64,000 nt of DNA from Eledone cirrhosa. Its lineage: Eukaryota. A program made the translations under genes and the position numbers. Positions within the stretch are counted from its first letter, which is position 1. Every line of letters begins with the position of its first letter. Location: assembly GCA_964016885.1 (NCBI GenBank), contig OZ024741.1, forward strand, positions 142,290,001 through 142,354,000, given 5' to 3'. Positions 24,565-38,397 of this stretch are shown in pieces. Under the pieces are notes generated by a model, which saw nothing but the letters and a program-made list of their open reading frames with translations, searched no databases and was not told the DNA's origin.

Positions 24565-27500
24565 GGAAAAAATGAAACGATATTTCATTTCCCACTCTTA
24601 GTACGGCTGTTACTTAAATATAAGTATGTACACGTACATACATATATGTATACCGACGTACAGTAGTATGTATATATATATATACATACATGCACACATA
24701 TATATATGCACGTATGGATTCACCGAACATTTATTATAATGCTCGGTGTGTTTGTAAACAAACATCCCGTATTAAGCCGTAGTGTCTAGCAACCACCGTT
24801 GCTCGTTTGTTCAACACTGACAAAGGAACGCTGTACTAGTTTCAAGCTTGTTAGCTATCGTCAGCAACGTATACCTTCCTGCCAGATTGTTGAACGTATA
24901 TACTTACCTTATGCATATTGACGGCCGAGTAGCCCAATATGCATATCGAGTGGGTTAATCGGCCGGGTGCACCGAAAACGATAAACGGAAAAAATGAAAC
25001 GATATTTCATTTCCCACTCTTAGTACGGCTGTTACTTAAATATAAGTATGTACACGTACATACATATATGTATACCGACGTACAGTAGTATGTATATATA
25101 TATATACATACATGCACACATATATATATGCACGTATGGATTCACCGAACATTTATTATAATGCTCGGTGTGTTTGTAAACAAACATCCCGTATTAAGCC
25201 GTAGTGTCTAGCAACCACCGTTGCTCGTTTGTTCAACACTGACAAAGGAACGCTGTACTAGTTTCAAGCTTGTTAGCTATCGTCAGCAACGTATACCTTC
25301 CTGCCAGATTGTTGAACGTATATACTTACCTTATGCATATTGACGGCCGAGTAGCCCAATATGCATATCGAGTGGGTTAATCGGCCGGGTGCACCGAAAA
25401 CGATAAACGGAAAAAATGAAACGATATTTCATTTCCCACTCTTAGTACGGCTGTTACTTAAATATAAGTATGTACACGTACATACATATATGTATACCGA
25501 CGTACAGTAGTATGTATATATATATATACATACATGCACACATATATATATGCACGTATGGATTCACCGAACATTTATTATAATGCTCGGTGTGTTTGTA
25601 AACAAACATCCCGTATTAAGCCGTAGTGTCTAGCAACCACCGTTGCTCGTTTGTTCAACACTGACAAAGGAACGCTGTACTAGTTTCAAGCTTGTTAGCT
25701 ATCGTCAGCAACGTATACCTTCCTGCCAGATTGTTGAACGTATATACTTACCTTATGCATATTGACGGCCGAGTAGCCCAATATGCATATCGAGTGGGTT
25801 AATCGGCCGGGTGCACCGAAAACGATAAACGGAAAAAATGAAACGATATTTCATTTCCCACTCTTAGTACGGCTGTTACTTAAATATAAGTATGTACACG
25901 TACATACATATATGTATACCGACGTACAGTAGTATGTATATATATATATACATACATGCACACATATATATATGCACGTATGGATTCACCGAACATTTAT
26001 TATAATGCTCGGTGTGTTTGTAAACAAACATCCCGTATTAAGCCGTAGTGTCTAGCAACCACCGTTGCTCGTTTGTTCAACACTGACAAAGGAACGCTGT
26101 ACTAGTTTCAAGCTTGTTAGCTATCGTCAGCAACGTATACCTTCCTGCCAGATTGTTGAACGTATATACTTACCTTATGCATATTGACGGCCGAGTAGCC
26201 CAATATGCATATCGAGTGGGTTAATCGGCCGGGTGCACCGAAAACGATAAACGGAAAAAATGAAACGATATTTCATTTCCCACTCTTAGTACGGCTGTTA
26301 CTTAAATATAAGTATGTACACGTACATACATATATGTATACCGACGTACAGTAGTATGTATATATATATATACATACATGCACACATATATATATGCACG
26401 TATGGATTCACCGAACATTTATTATAATGCTCGGTGTGTTTGTAAACAAACATCCCGTATTAAGCCGTAGTGTCTAGCAACCACCGTTGCTCGTTTGTTC
26501 AACACTGACAAAGGAACGCTGTACTAGTTTCAAGCTTGTTAGCTATCGTCAGCAACGTATACCTTCCTGCCAGATTGTTGAACGTATATACTTACCTTAT
26601 GCATATTGACGGCCGAGTAGCCCAATATGCATATCGAGTGGGTTAATCGGCCGGGTGCACCGAAAACGATAAACGGAAAAAATGAAACGATATTTCATTT
26701 CCCACTCTTAGTACGGCTGTTACTTAAATATAAGTATGTACACGTACATACATATATGTATACCGACGTACAGTAGTATGTATATATATATATACATACA
26801 TGCACACATATATATATGCACGTATGGATTCACCGAACATTTATTATAATGCTCGGTGTGTTTGTAAACAAACATCCCGTATTAAGCCGTAGTGTCTAGC
26901 AACCACCGTTGCTCGTTTGTTCAACACTGACAAAGGAACGCTGTACTAGTTTCAAGCTTGTTAGCTATCGTCAGCAACGTATACCTTCCTGCCAGATTGT
27001 TGAACGTATATACTTACCTTATGCATATTGACGGCCGAGTAGCCCAATATGCATATCGAGTGGGTTAATCGGCCGGGTGCACCGAAAACGATAAACGGAA
27101 AAAATGAAACGATATTTCATTTCCCACTCTTAGTACGGCTGTTACTTAAATATAAGTATGTACACGTACATACATATATGTATACCGACGTACAGTAGTA
27201 TGTATATATATATATACATACATGCACACATATATATATGCACGTATGGATTCACCGAACATTTATTATAATGCTCGGTGTGTTTGTAAACAAACATCCC
27301 GTATTAAGCCGTAGTGTCTAGCAACCACCGTTGCTCGTTTGTTCAACACTGACAAAGGAACGCTGTACTAGTTTCAAGCTTGTTAGCTATCGTCAGCAAC
27401 GTATACCTTCCTGCCAGATTGTTGAACGTATATACTTACCTTATGCATATTGACGGCCGAGTAGCCCAATATGCATATCGAGTGGGTTAATCGGCCGGGT

Positions 27501-28757
27501 GCACCGAAAACGATAAACGGAAAAAATGAAACGATATTTCATTTCCCACTCTTAGTACGGCTGTTACTTAAATATAAGTATGTACACGTACATACATATA
27601 TGTATACCGACGTACAGTAGTATGTATATATATATATACATACATGCACACATATATATATGCACGTATGGATTCACCGAACATTTATTATAATGCTCGG
27701 TGTGTTTGTAAACAAACATCCCGTATTAAGCCGTAGTGTCTAGCAACCACCGTTGCTCGTTTGTTCAACACTGACAAAGGAACGCTGTACTAGTTTCAAG
27801 CTTGTTAGCTATCGTCAGCAACGTATACCTTCCTGCCAGATTGTTGAACGTATATACTTACCTTATGCATATTGACGGCCGAGTAGCCCAATATGCATAT
27901 CGAGTGGGTTAATCGGCCGGGTGCACCGAAAACGATAAACGGAAAAAATGAAACGATATTTCATTTCCCACTCTTAGTACGGCTGTTACTTAAATATAAG
28001 TATGTACACGTACATACATATATGTATACCGACGTACAGTAGTATGTATATATATATATACATACATGCACACATATATATATGCACGTATGGATTCACC
28101 GAACATTTATTATAATGCTCGGTGTGTTTGTAAACAAACATCCCGTATTAAGCCGTAGTGTCTAGCAACCACCGTTGCTCGTTTGTTCAACACTGACAAA
28201 GGAACGCTGTACTAGTTTCAAGCTTGTTAGCTATCGTCAGCAACGTATACCTTCCTGCCAGATTGTTGAACGTATATACTTACCTTATGCATATTGACGG
28301 CCGAGTAGCCCAATATGCATATCGAGTGGGTTAATCGGCCGGGTGCACCGAAAACGATAAACGGAAAAAATGAAACGATATTTCATTTCCCACTCTTAGT
28401 ACGGCTGTTACTTAAATATAAGTATGTACACGTACATACATATATGTATACCGACGTACAGTAGTATGTATATATATATATACATACATGCACACATATA
28501 TATATGCACGTATGGATTCACCGAACATTTATTATAATGCTCGGTGTGTTTGTAAACAAACATCCCGTATTAAGCCGTAGTGTCTAGCAACCACCGTTGC
28601 TCGTTTGTTCAACACTGACAAAGGAACGCTGTACTAGTTTCAAGCTTGTTAGCTATCGTCAGCAACGTATACCTTCCTGCCAGATTGTTGAACGTATATA
28701 CTTACCTTATGCATATTGACGGCCGAGTAGCCCAATATGCATATCGAGTGGGTTAAT
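24559..28757 (-). mobile_element. Tandem array of ~10 x 422 bp, each unit with a hammerhead ribozyme: candidate non-LTR retrozyme
   Basis: 'aaacggaaaaaatg' at 24561, 24983, 25405, 25827, 26249, 26671, 27093, 27515, 27937 and 28359. No differences seen between units; no ORF; embedded in (TA)n. Confidence 0.85.
24823..24877 (-). ncRNA. Minimal type I hammerhead ribozyme (first of 10; repeats every 422 bp, last at 28621-28675)
   Basis: Minus strand: AAGG tat ACGTTG-CTGACGA-t AGCT aaca AGCT t-GAAA-C ta G-TA^CAGCGT t CCTT. Palindromic stem III ACTAGT; predicted cut between 24834 and 24833. Confidence 0.85.
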
Positions 28758-28774
28758 ATATATATATATACATA

Positions 28775-30060
28775 TATACAGGTAATACTTACATCTAAGA
28801 TCACATACAACAAAAGGCTGGCGAAAGGGGTGGACAAACGTGCCGCTACGAGAACAAAAGATAACAATATCACGAGAAGCACTGGGAAACCTCTCTGATA
28901 AGTTTTGAGGCAAGACAGCACGCTCGCAGAGTTACCTAGGATGATGGCGAGGCTGATGTGTTGGAACAACCAAGTGCCCTCACGCGCATCACCAGTTACC
29001 TCAGTTAGGCGAGCCGCCAATGAAGATAAGAACCTTGCAGTCAGTAGCCCAACTCCCCCAAACGTTTCGAACGCCACAGGCTGGAAAATGTAGTTACCGA
29101 CAGATAGATCACAGTATTTCAGGATTTTGTTATGTTCGGCTGCGGAAGCTGTAGCTCTTGCCCTAACCGCTGCATCTAAGATGTGGGAAGAAGCAAAAGA
29201 GTCACTAACTGTGACGTCTAAGATAAGGCACCTGCCTCTTAACCTGGGGCACAGGGTAAGACCGTCAGGTCATTTCCCATCAATTCTGAACAACACAGAC
29301 GGTTCCAAAATTCAGGGGTTGTTTGCCTGGGGAAAAGCTCTCTTGATGATGAGGTTTAGCTCCGTGTGACGCGCGAAACGACCGGCATTCAGGCGGCAAA
29401 TATAGACCGTGGAGGCCGAACAGATGTCGGCTCCCACTCTGAGGGCAATGGAGACTCGAAGCTCGTCCAATCTGAGTAGGCCACCAACGTTAGCCATGGG
29501 TAGGGCATCAACCCAGTTTCCCGAGTATTTGGTGCTGGCAGACAGTAAGCGGCACCTTGAGAACTGATCTGACTGCTCGAAGAGAAAGTCAAAGGTGGCC
29601 TTCGAATGTATGCTGTCCCAAGCTCTCTGATTCCATTTGTCCTCCACCTTGTCAGGAACAGACAAGCCCAACTCACTCCATCGTAGAAGAGTTTCATCCA
29701 TCTCCCTGTTGGAACTAGTCCATGTTGGTGAGGAGGGGATGTTGCTCACCAGGGTGGAACAAGCGTGGGTGGAGGAAAGGAAGCAAGAGAAAGAGAAGGA
29801 CGAACATTTATGAAGACCAAGACCACCAAATCGCTTGGGCAACGCAGCCTGACCACGGGACGCTGGAGAGAGTCTATCATTGACCTAGCACTCATGTCTA
29901 GGTCGTCAAACCGTTGAAGACATGACGAAAATCTGTGAGATGGGCTGACCCTGAGCATATATAGAAGCTTAGGAATCGAAAGATAGTTTCTTGAGGGGGT
30001 TTAATTGCCTCAATATCCTTCAACAATTGCTCAAGGCCAAACATCTTCAATTGACTGAAG
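28775..30060 (-). mobile_element. CRE-like RLE non-LTR retrotransposon 3' fragment (longer copy)
   Basis: LP.RFGGLGL...CFLSS...Q.AW...RL.S.....SG.WV.ALP...L...E.R.SIALRVG...RH..LN, then the RLE region; contains ~440 bp missing in copy A. Confidence 0.82.
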
Positions 30061-30709
30061 ATTGACTCACTCTCTCTCTCTCTCTCCCCCCGCCCCCCTC
30101 TCTCTCTCTCTCTGTAGGAATCTTAGATGTAGAAAACAACTGTAAATACAGTTGGTGGCTACAAATAGCTTAGAAAATCGGGTAAAGACCCCCTTATAGA
30201 AGAAAAAAGTGTTTGGCGGTCGCTACGAAGAATCAATACTCATATCTCTACAGACATTTACTACGTCTGAGTTTTCCTACATTTTCTATGAACCTCATAA
30301 CAACTTTGCGTACGATGTTGTTACATTGAGATCTGTTCGATCTAATTTCTAATTTATACGGTGATTGTTGTCAGGAGTTGTTTAGCATTATATGGATAGT
30401 TCTAAATCAATACAAAAACATTTCTGCCGGCTGCTCGTAAAATTTAAGATAATGAATACAAATATATAAAGACTTTTACCATCCATAAGATATAATATTT
30501 ATGAAATTTACATACAAAAAACAACATACTAACCCAGTTTATGTTTTTATTTGCAACCCACAAATAAACAACCAATGTGTCAAACACAAATACTAATTAT
30601 ACATATGTAATACATATGTAAATATTCAACTTTTCAAGATGGATGCAACTACGAAATTTGATAAATAACTAATATTGATGGCTGTTTAAACGAAAAGAAA
30701 AAAAAATTC

Positions 30710-30821
30710 TGCCCTGGGTGAGGGTCGAACTCACAACCTCCGCATAACTCCCGTCTTGTGATAAACACAAGGAAAGTACTGTCTATAAGTACGGCGCGCT
30801 AACCGATTGTGCCACCGGGGC
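30710..30821 (-). tRNA. tRNA-Ile(UAU) with 38-nt intron, full length (duplicate of 7261-7372)
   Basis: Exons identical to the 7261 copy; one intron substitution. Confidence 0.88.
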
Positions 30822-33800
30822 AGCTGCTGGATGACTATTAAATTTATGTCAATGAACGACTAATTCTCTCTCTCTTTCTTTATATATATATGTATATATT
30901 ACATTAGGATTGGCAGTATCGATAGAGGGTCTGACGCCATGTTTTGCAGCAAAGAGTTATGTCCCTTTATAGTCTGAGTTCAAATCCAGCCGAGGTTAAC
31001 TTTGCCTTTCATCCTTACGGGGTCGATAAAATAAAGCACTAGTAATAGACTGGGATAATTGCTGGCCTTGTGCCAAAAGTAGAAACAATTATTATGTTGT
31101 GGATTGGCAGTATCGATAGAGGATCTGACGCCATGCTTTGCAGCATAGAGTTACGGCCCTTTATGATCTGAGTTCAAATCCCGCCGAGGTTAACTTTGCC
31201 TTTCGTCCTTACGGGGTCGATAAAGTAAAGCAACAGTAATGCACTGGGATAATTGCTGGCCTTGTGCCAAAAGTAGAAACAATTATTACGCTATTACGTG
31301 TTCTAGCCGACAGGCTGAGGCCATGCTGGGGTATCACCATTAGTGAACAATTTTTTGCATCTCTCGAATGGGTGGGGAAGGTGTTTAGTACTGTGTTTAG
31401 TTTGATGTGTAAAGAGTTTAAAAGTGGGTAAAGTGTTGAGAGAGTGGTTAAAGTGATGTTTAGAGTATGGGTAAAATTATGTTTATATGGGTGTGAGGTA
31501 ATGTTTAGATGGGTGGGTGAGTGATTAGATAGGTGGATAATGTAGTGTTTAGAAGGGTGGGTGAGTGATTAGATATGTGGGTAATGTGATGTTTAGAATG
31601 TTGGGTAAGTGATTAGATAGGTGGGTAATGTGATGTTTAGAAGGGTGGGTGAGTGATTAGATAGGTGGGTAAGTGATTAGATAGGTGGGTAATGTGATGT
31701 TTAGATGGGTGGGTAAGTGATTAGATAGGTGGGTAATGTGATGTATATAAGGGTGGGTAAGTGATTAGATAGGTGGGTAATGTGATGTTTAGATGGGTGG
31801 GTGAGTGATTAGATAGGTGGGTAAGTGATTAGAAAGGTGGGTAATGTGATGTTTAGAATTGTGGGTGAGTGATTAGATAGGTGGGTAAGTGATTAGATAG
31901 ATAGGTAATGTGATGTTTAGATGGGTGGGTAATATTATGTTTAGAAGTGTGGGTAATCTGATTAGATAGGTGGGTAATGTGATGTTTAGATAGGTGGGTA
32001 AGTGATTAGATAGGTGGGTAATGTGATGTTTGGAAGGGTGGGTAAGTGATTAGATAGGTGGGTAATGTGATGTTTATAAGGGTGGGTGAGTAATTAGATA
32101 GGTGGGTAAGTGATTCGATAGATGTGTAATGTGATGTTTAGAATAGTGGGTGAGTGATTAGATAGGTGGGTAAGTGATTAGATAGATGGGTAATGTGATA
32201 TTTAGAATTGTGGGTAATGTGATGTTTAGAAGGGTGGGTAAGTGATTAGAAAGGTGGGTAATGTGATGTTTAGATAGGTGGGTAAGTGATTAGATAGGTG
32301 GGTAATGTGATGTTTAGAAGGGTGGGTAATATTATGTTTAGAAGGATGGGTAAGTGATTAGAAGGTGGGTAATGTGATGTTTAGATGAGTGGGTGGGTGA
32401 TTAGATTTGTGGGTAATGTGGTGTTTAGAAGGGTGGGTGGGTGATTAGATAGGTGGGTAATGTGTTGTTTAGATGGGTGAGTGCGTGATTAAATTGGTGG
32501 GTAATTTGTTGTATAGAAAGGTGGGTAGGTGATTAGATAGGTGGGTAATGCGATAGTGAAACTTATTTTTTTTAATTTTCGAATGTTTCGATACACGACG
32601 AGTGATGTTTCCTTTCAATGTCATAAAACATGTGATGTGTGGGTGGGTAATTATATAGAGGGATAATGTGATAGGTTGGTGGCTATTGTGATGGGTGGGT
32701 ACATACAAGTATATGTGATGTGTGGGTGGGTAGTTATATAGAGGGATAATGTGATAGGTTGGTGGCTATTGTGATGGGTGGGTAGATACAAGAATATGTG
32801 ATGTGTGGGTGGGTAATTATATAGAGGGATAATGTGATAGGTTGGTGGTTATTGTGATGGGTGGGTACATACAAGAATATGTGATGTGCGGGTGGGTAGT
32901 TATATAGAGGGATAATGTGATAGGTTGGTGGCTATTGTGATGGGTGGGTAGATACAAGAATATGTGATGTGTGGGTGGGTAGTTATATAGAGGGATAATG
33001 TGATAGGTTGGTGGCTATTGTGATGGGTGGGTAGATACAAGAATATGTGTTGTGTGGGTGGGTAGTTATATAGAGGGATAATGTGATAGGTTGGTGGCTA
33101 TTGTGATGGGTGGGTAGAAACAAGAATATGTGATGTGTGGGTGGGTAGTTATATAGAGGGATAATGTGATAGGTTGGTCGTTATTGTGATGGGTGCGTAG
33201 ATACAAGAATATGTGATGTGTGGGTGGGTAGTTATATAGAGGGATAATGTGATAGGTTGGTGGCTATTGTGCTGGGTAGGTAGATACAAGAATATGTGAT
33301 GTGTGGGTGGGTAGTTATATAGAGGGATAATGTGATAGGTTGGTGGTTATTGTGATGGGTGGGTACATACAAGTATATGTGATGTGTGGGTGGGTAGTTA
33401 TATAGAGGGATAATGTGATAGGTTGGTGGTTATTGTGATGGGTGGGTACATACAAGAATCTGTGATGTGTGGGTGGGTAGTTATATAGAGGGATAATATA
33501 ATAGGTTGGTGGCTATTGTGATGGGTGGGTAGATACAAGAATATGTGATGTGTGGGTGGGTAGCTATATAGATGGATAATGTGATAGGTTGGTGGTTATT
33601 GTGATGGGTGGGTACATACAAGAATATGTGATGTGTGGGTGGGTAGTTATATAGAGGGATAATCTAATAAGTTGGTGGCTATTGTGATGGGTGGGTAGAT
33701 ACAAGAAGTTGTGATGTGTGGGTGGGTAGTTATATAGAGGGATAATGTAATAGGTTGGTGGCTATTGTGATGGGTGGGTAGATACAAGAATATGTGATAT

Positions 33801-36316
33801 GTGGGTGGGTAATTATATAGAGGCATAATGTGATAGGTTGGTGGTTATTGTGATAGGTCGGTACATACCATAATGGGTGAGTTGTTAAGTTAATGGGTGT
33901 GCGAACCAAGAGACTGGGTAAAGTGATGCTCAGATGGGTGGGGAAGTTATTAGAGCGTGATATTTAGGGAAAGGGTAAAGTAATGATTAGATAGGAGGGT
34001 AAACTGATATTTAGACGGTGGGTAAGGTGATGTTTAGTCGGGTGGGTAAATTGTTTAGAGGATGGATAAAGTGATATGCTGGGTGGGTAAGTGATTAGTG
34101 ATTAGTGATTAGTGATTTGGTAAAAGGATTGTGTTTGTTGTTGTGTGGACCTCCGTGTACCAGGGGACAAGTCCACCACCACCACCACCACCACCACCAC
34201 CACTTTTTCAAACGTCTATATTTTATTTTTTGTTTATTTGATATAATTGTTTCTACTTTTGGCACAAAGCCAGCAATTTCCCAGTACATTACTGGTACTT
34301 TATTTTATCGATCCCGTAAGGATGAAAGGCAAAGTTAACCTCGGCGGGATTTAACCTCATAAAGGGACGTAACTCTTTGCGTCAAAGCATGGCGTCCGAC
34401 CCTCTACTGATACTGCCAACCCACCGCCCTTATTTATTTGATATAATAAATTCTGTTTAAGCTTATCTTTTTATATCTGAAATTCATTTGAATATATAAA
34501 ATTTAATTAGCGTAAAATTTTACTTATGTGATAGGGTCCGGGAAAGGCACCATAAGCAATACTGACATGCTCCGTTAAGATTCATGTTAGTTTGTCCCCC
34601 TCACATTTCTAAGGCAAACGAGGTCCCTGGTTGATGAGTTGATGAGAAGCCATGATAGAAGAGATATTAGATACCCGTGTGTTGTGAGTCAAGTGAAATC
34701 AGTACAAGTAGAAATCGAAACCTAAACACACGGATATATTTCATTCTATAAATAGTGAAATAAAACTGATTACCATATTAATAATCTATTAACTATATTT
34801 ACTAACATTAAAGAAAAAAAAAAAAGGGAAAATACTACTGCCCTAGGTGAGGCTCGAAGACACAACCACCGAACTTGCTAATATACGTAAAAAGTATATA
34901 TAAAATGTCTAAGATATGGCGGACTAAACGATTTTACTACTTAAGTGGTAGAGAACGTGGTGTGATGTACAATGGAAAGTGAAGGCACGTGGCTTAGTTG
35001 TTAGGGGTTCAGCTGACAGATAAGGTCGTAAATTCCAGTCCTGCTGACGCAAGAAATCTTATTTCACCCTGCTCCAGTCCAATCGGCTGGCAAAAATGAG
35101 TTGTACTTGTAATTCAAAAGAACCTGCTGAATCTCCACAAGAACCACGTGTCAGTGGAATGTTCAGCCACTTGCACGCTAATTTCACAAACAGGTTGTTC
35201 CGTAGTTCGAACAACTGGAACACGCAGAATGTAAATTCTGGAAATATCGACGCAGTTTTAATTTCAAATCGAAAACATTTCTGACTTACTATTTTATTTA
35301 TATTGTTGTTTAGGCCCAGGTTAGCACAGAAGATGAAAGAGTTATTTTTCTAAACTATATTATATCTAGGACTTCATTATACAATACATACTTTCTGTCT
35401 CAATACAGACGGTTGTGATTTAAGAGAGAATTGGCTATGTGGATGAACTGATGGGTAAGTGGTTGAAGTGGTGGTATATGAATAAAGATAAGGGGAACTA
35501 AGTAAAAGGGGATAAAGTGATGGGATGGTATGTGAAATGATGTGTGGATGGATGTAGTGTTGAGTGAATGGGTGGATAGATAATGTGATAGATGTGAGGT
35601 GTCTGTATAAAGCAATGTATAATTTGGTGACGGAGCTGTGTGGTGATTAGTGAAAGGATGAACGTATGAGTGTATGCAGTTATGGATAATGACCGAAAAA
35701 ATACGATCGCGAATGCAAGCTACTGAAATGGGATTCCTCCGAAGAGTCTATGGTGTAACGGTACTCGATAAAGTGCGTAACTCGGAGATCAGAGAGTCAC
35801 TCCAGGTAGAGCCGCTATTTCTCCGAATTGAGAGATCACAGCTCCGATACTATAGGCATGTGGTTAGAATGTCTCAGGAAAGAATCGCTGGTCAGATTTT
35901 ACAGGCAAAACCAACTGGCAGGCGACCCAGGGGTAGACTCCGAGCAAGATGGATAACATCCGTGAGCTTGGCTGGTCTCGCTTGGGGATCACTTGGAGAT
36001 GGTTGCTTCTGATAGGACCCACTGGAAGAAGAAGAAGAAGAAGAAGAAGAAGAAGAAGAAGAAGAAGAAGAAGAAGAAGAAGAAGAAGAAGAAGAAGAAG
36101 AAGAAGAAGAAGAAGAAGAAGAAGAAATGTATGCAGTTGTGGATGAGGTGTTGTAACGTACGGAATATAGAAATAGAAAATCAACTAAGTATAACTGGAA
36201 ATCGAAATCTAAACACAATGATACATTTTATCCTATAAATGGTGAGAACAATTTGATAGTCGTAAAAATAATCAATGAACTATTATTAAATAACTAAAAT
36301 AACATTGCCTCGTGTA

Positions 36317-37230
36317 GTTAACTAAATGCAAAATAAAAACAAACTGCGATTTGTTGAACTGTTGGGTGACAAGCATTGGCAAACGTAAGAATGAGTAATC
36401 TATTCCTAAAGTTCAGGTCTTGTTACCCGCCTCACTGGAAGTCTGTTTTCTCCTGACCAGTTCAATAACAACTTCGTCATTTACAAGCTCGTGGTTAATG
36501 CTCTACATAGCCTCCCCCCCCCCCCCCCTCATAACTGTTGATTGTCATTAAAACCGATAAGGTGTTTTTACCACCCGATCTGTGCATGCAGTTGGCTCTT
36601 TGGCGACTGTTCGTCCTCAAGGATCGGAGTGACTTGACTAGGACGCCCTTTGTTTTGTAGTTGAGCTACTTGAACGGGACTGCCAATGTCAGGATGGGCT
36701 GGTTTCAATCTATCGGCTTGTAACGAAGGCACGGGTGATTTCTTGTGATTCCATGCTGCGGAGATGTACGGCCTCAGGCCAACGAGTGAAGCGGCCCACA
36801 ATGATCAGTAGGCATGAGCAACCCAACAAAGTTGGTATGGGGCCAGCGAGGTGAAGTTGATATAGCCAAAATTGTCCTATGGAAGTTCATAGCTGCTGAG
36901 AGGTGCTTTGGTATGCTAATGTCAGAGTCAATAGAGGCTCTGGAGAGTGCATCAGCAACTGGGTTGCTTTCTCCAGATATGCGCTGAATGTTAGTAGTGT
37001 ACTCATAAATGGCTGATAACTGCCGTTGTTGACGTGCAGACTATGGCTTCGATAGCTTGTTGATAGCGAAGTTAAGTGGTTTGAGGTCTGTAAACATAGA
37101 ATTTCCAAAAAGTAACGAAAATATCAGACACCTAAATGAGCGACTAACAATTCCCTGTCGAAAGTATTATATTTCTGTTCAGTTGGTCGCAGTTGTCGAC
37201 TGCAGAAAACTAGAGGTCGCCACTGACCAT
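36317..37230 (-). mobile_element. Ty3/Gypsy pol relic (RNase H end plus integrase core; zinc finger deleted)
   Basis: GPIP...LLIIVGRFTRWPEAV.L...ITRAF (IIDRFTRWPEA-like); contiguous with sequence shared with 13845-14150. Confidence 0.72.
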
Positions 37231-37544
37231 TGATGTGTTGTTCCAAAACAACTCCAACAGCTGTATTAGAGGCATCCACAGTGAGTGCGATTGATGCTGA
37301 CATATAGAATGGTGAATTCGAAGGCTGAGATCATTGCACTGTCCCACGCCACGTGTTTGTATTTTTTCGTGTAGTACTCGATGCCTGGTGGCATGCAGAC
37401 TGGGTATATTAATGAAGTGGAGATTCGACCGCGAGTTTGAGCGTTTTCAGCTTGTATTAATATTCTTCCAAGCTTCTTCATGAGTAATGAATAGAACTAA
37501 AGAATTAATTGATCAAAATAACATCCATTTTATTAATATTTGTA

Positions 37545-37626
<82 letters not shown>

Positions 37627-37717
37627 GAATCGAAGTTGTAGCTGCCATATAGCAAGAACTAATCGAGTTGTTTGTGCATATCTCTCCCTCCTCCCTCTCT
37701 CTCTCTCTCTCTCTATG

Positions 37718-37762
<45 letters not shown>

Positions 37763-38002
37763 TTCCGTAGAAAAGGTAAAGGAAGGAAGAGTGCTCTATG
37801 TAAGGTACAGAGCTATATATGTGTGTAAATATTTTTACTCCCTAACCTTATGTCCTGCGTCTGTGTGTGTATATATATATTTTTTTTTTCGCTTTATTTT
37901 ATTTTATTTTATTATTTTATTATTTTTTAATCTTATTTCAGCTTCGTTTTCAATTGTAATAGCTTTTGTTTTTAATTCCATATCTCACATCCATATTAAA
38001 TT

Positions 38003-38075
38003 TTCCTTTCTGATGAACGACTTCGGACACCTCTGTTCAGGCCGCCTGTCTTCGTGAAACCTTTGGTAAATGGAA
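38003..38075 (+). ncRNA. Type I hammerhead ribozyme (duplicate of 14498-14570)
   Basis: Core and stems identical; differences only inside the stem II insertion (ttgcc vs ccgcc). Confidence 0.78.
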
Positions 38076-38397
38076 TAATTGTATTGTGTTGTTTATTACA
38101 TAATAATAATAACAATAATAATAATAATTGTTTCTACTTTTGACACTAATAATGTTTTCTTTATTAACCACAAGGGTTTACATAAAGTAGACATTAAGAA
38201 CAGTACAGGACAATACAGGACGGTACAAATGGGCATTTCTGCGTGTAAAAAAAACAGAGGATGAAATAAAATAACAAAGAAAAATTCCCCAATAGGGGGG
38301 AGACTTCCGAGGGACATTTGTGGAGAAAGCCCATTAAAAGACCACAGTGGCCCTGACCACCAGGGCAAGTGCCCTCTCCAAGTTTTCCACCTTTAAT

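Noticed and set aside
24559-28757. CRISPR array, 5S/snRNA/spliced-leader tandem gene, or protein-coding repeat
   Set aside because: Units are wholly identical with no unique spacers and no cas genes; the context is eukaryotic; no 5S, U snRNA or SL sequence was recognised; no ORF in the unit.
37435-37490. Hammerhead-like motif on the minus strand (ATGAAGA-AGCTTG..CAAGCT-GAAA)
   Set aside because: Core C3 is missing and neither stem I nor stem III can be formed; at best a decayed relic.
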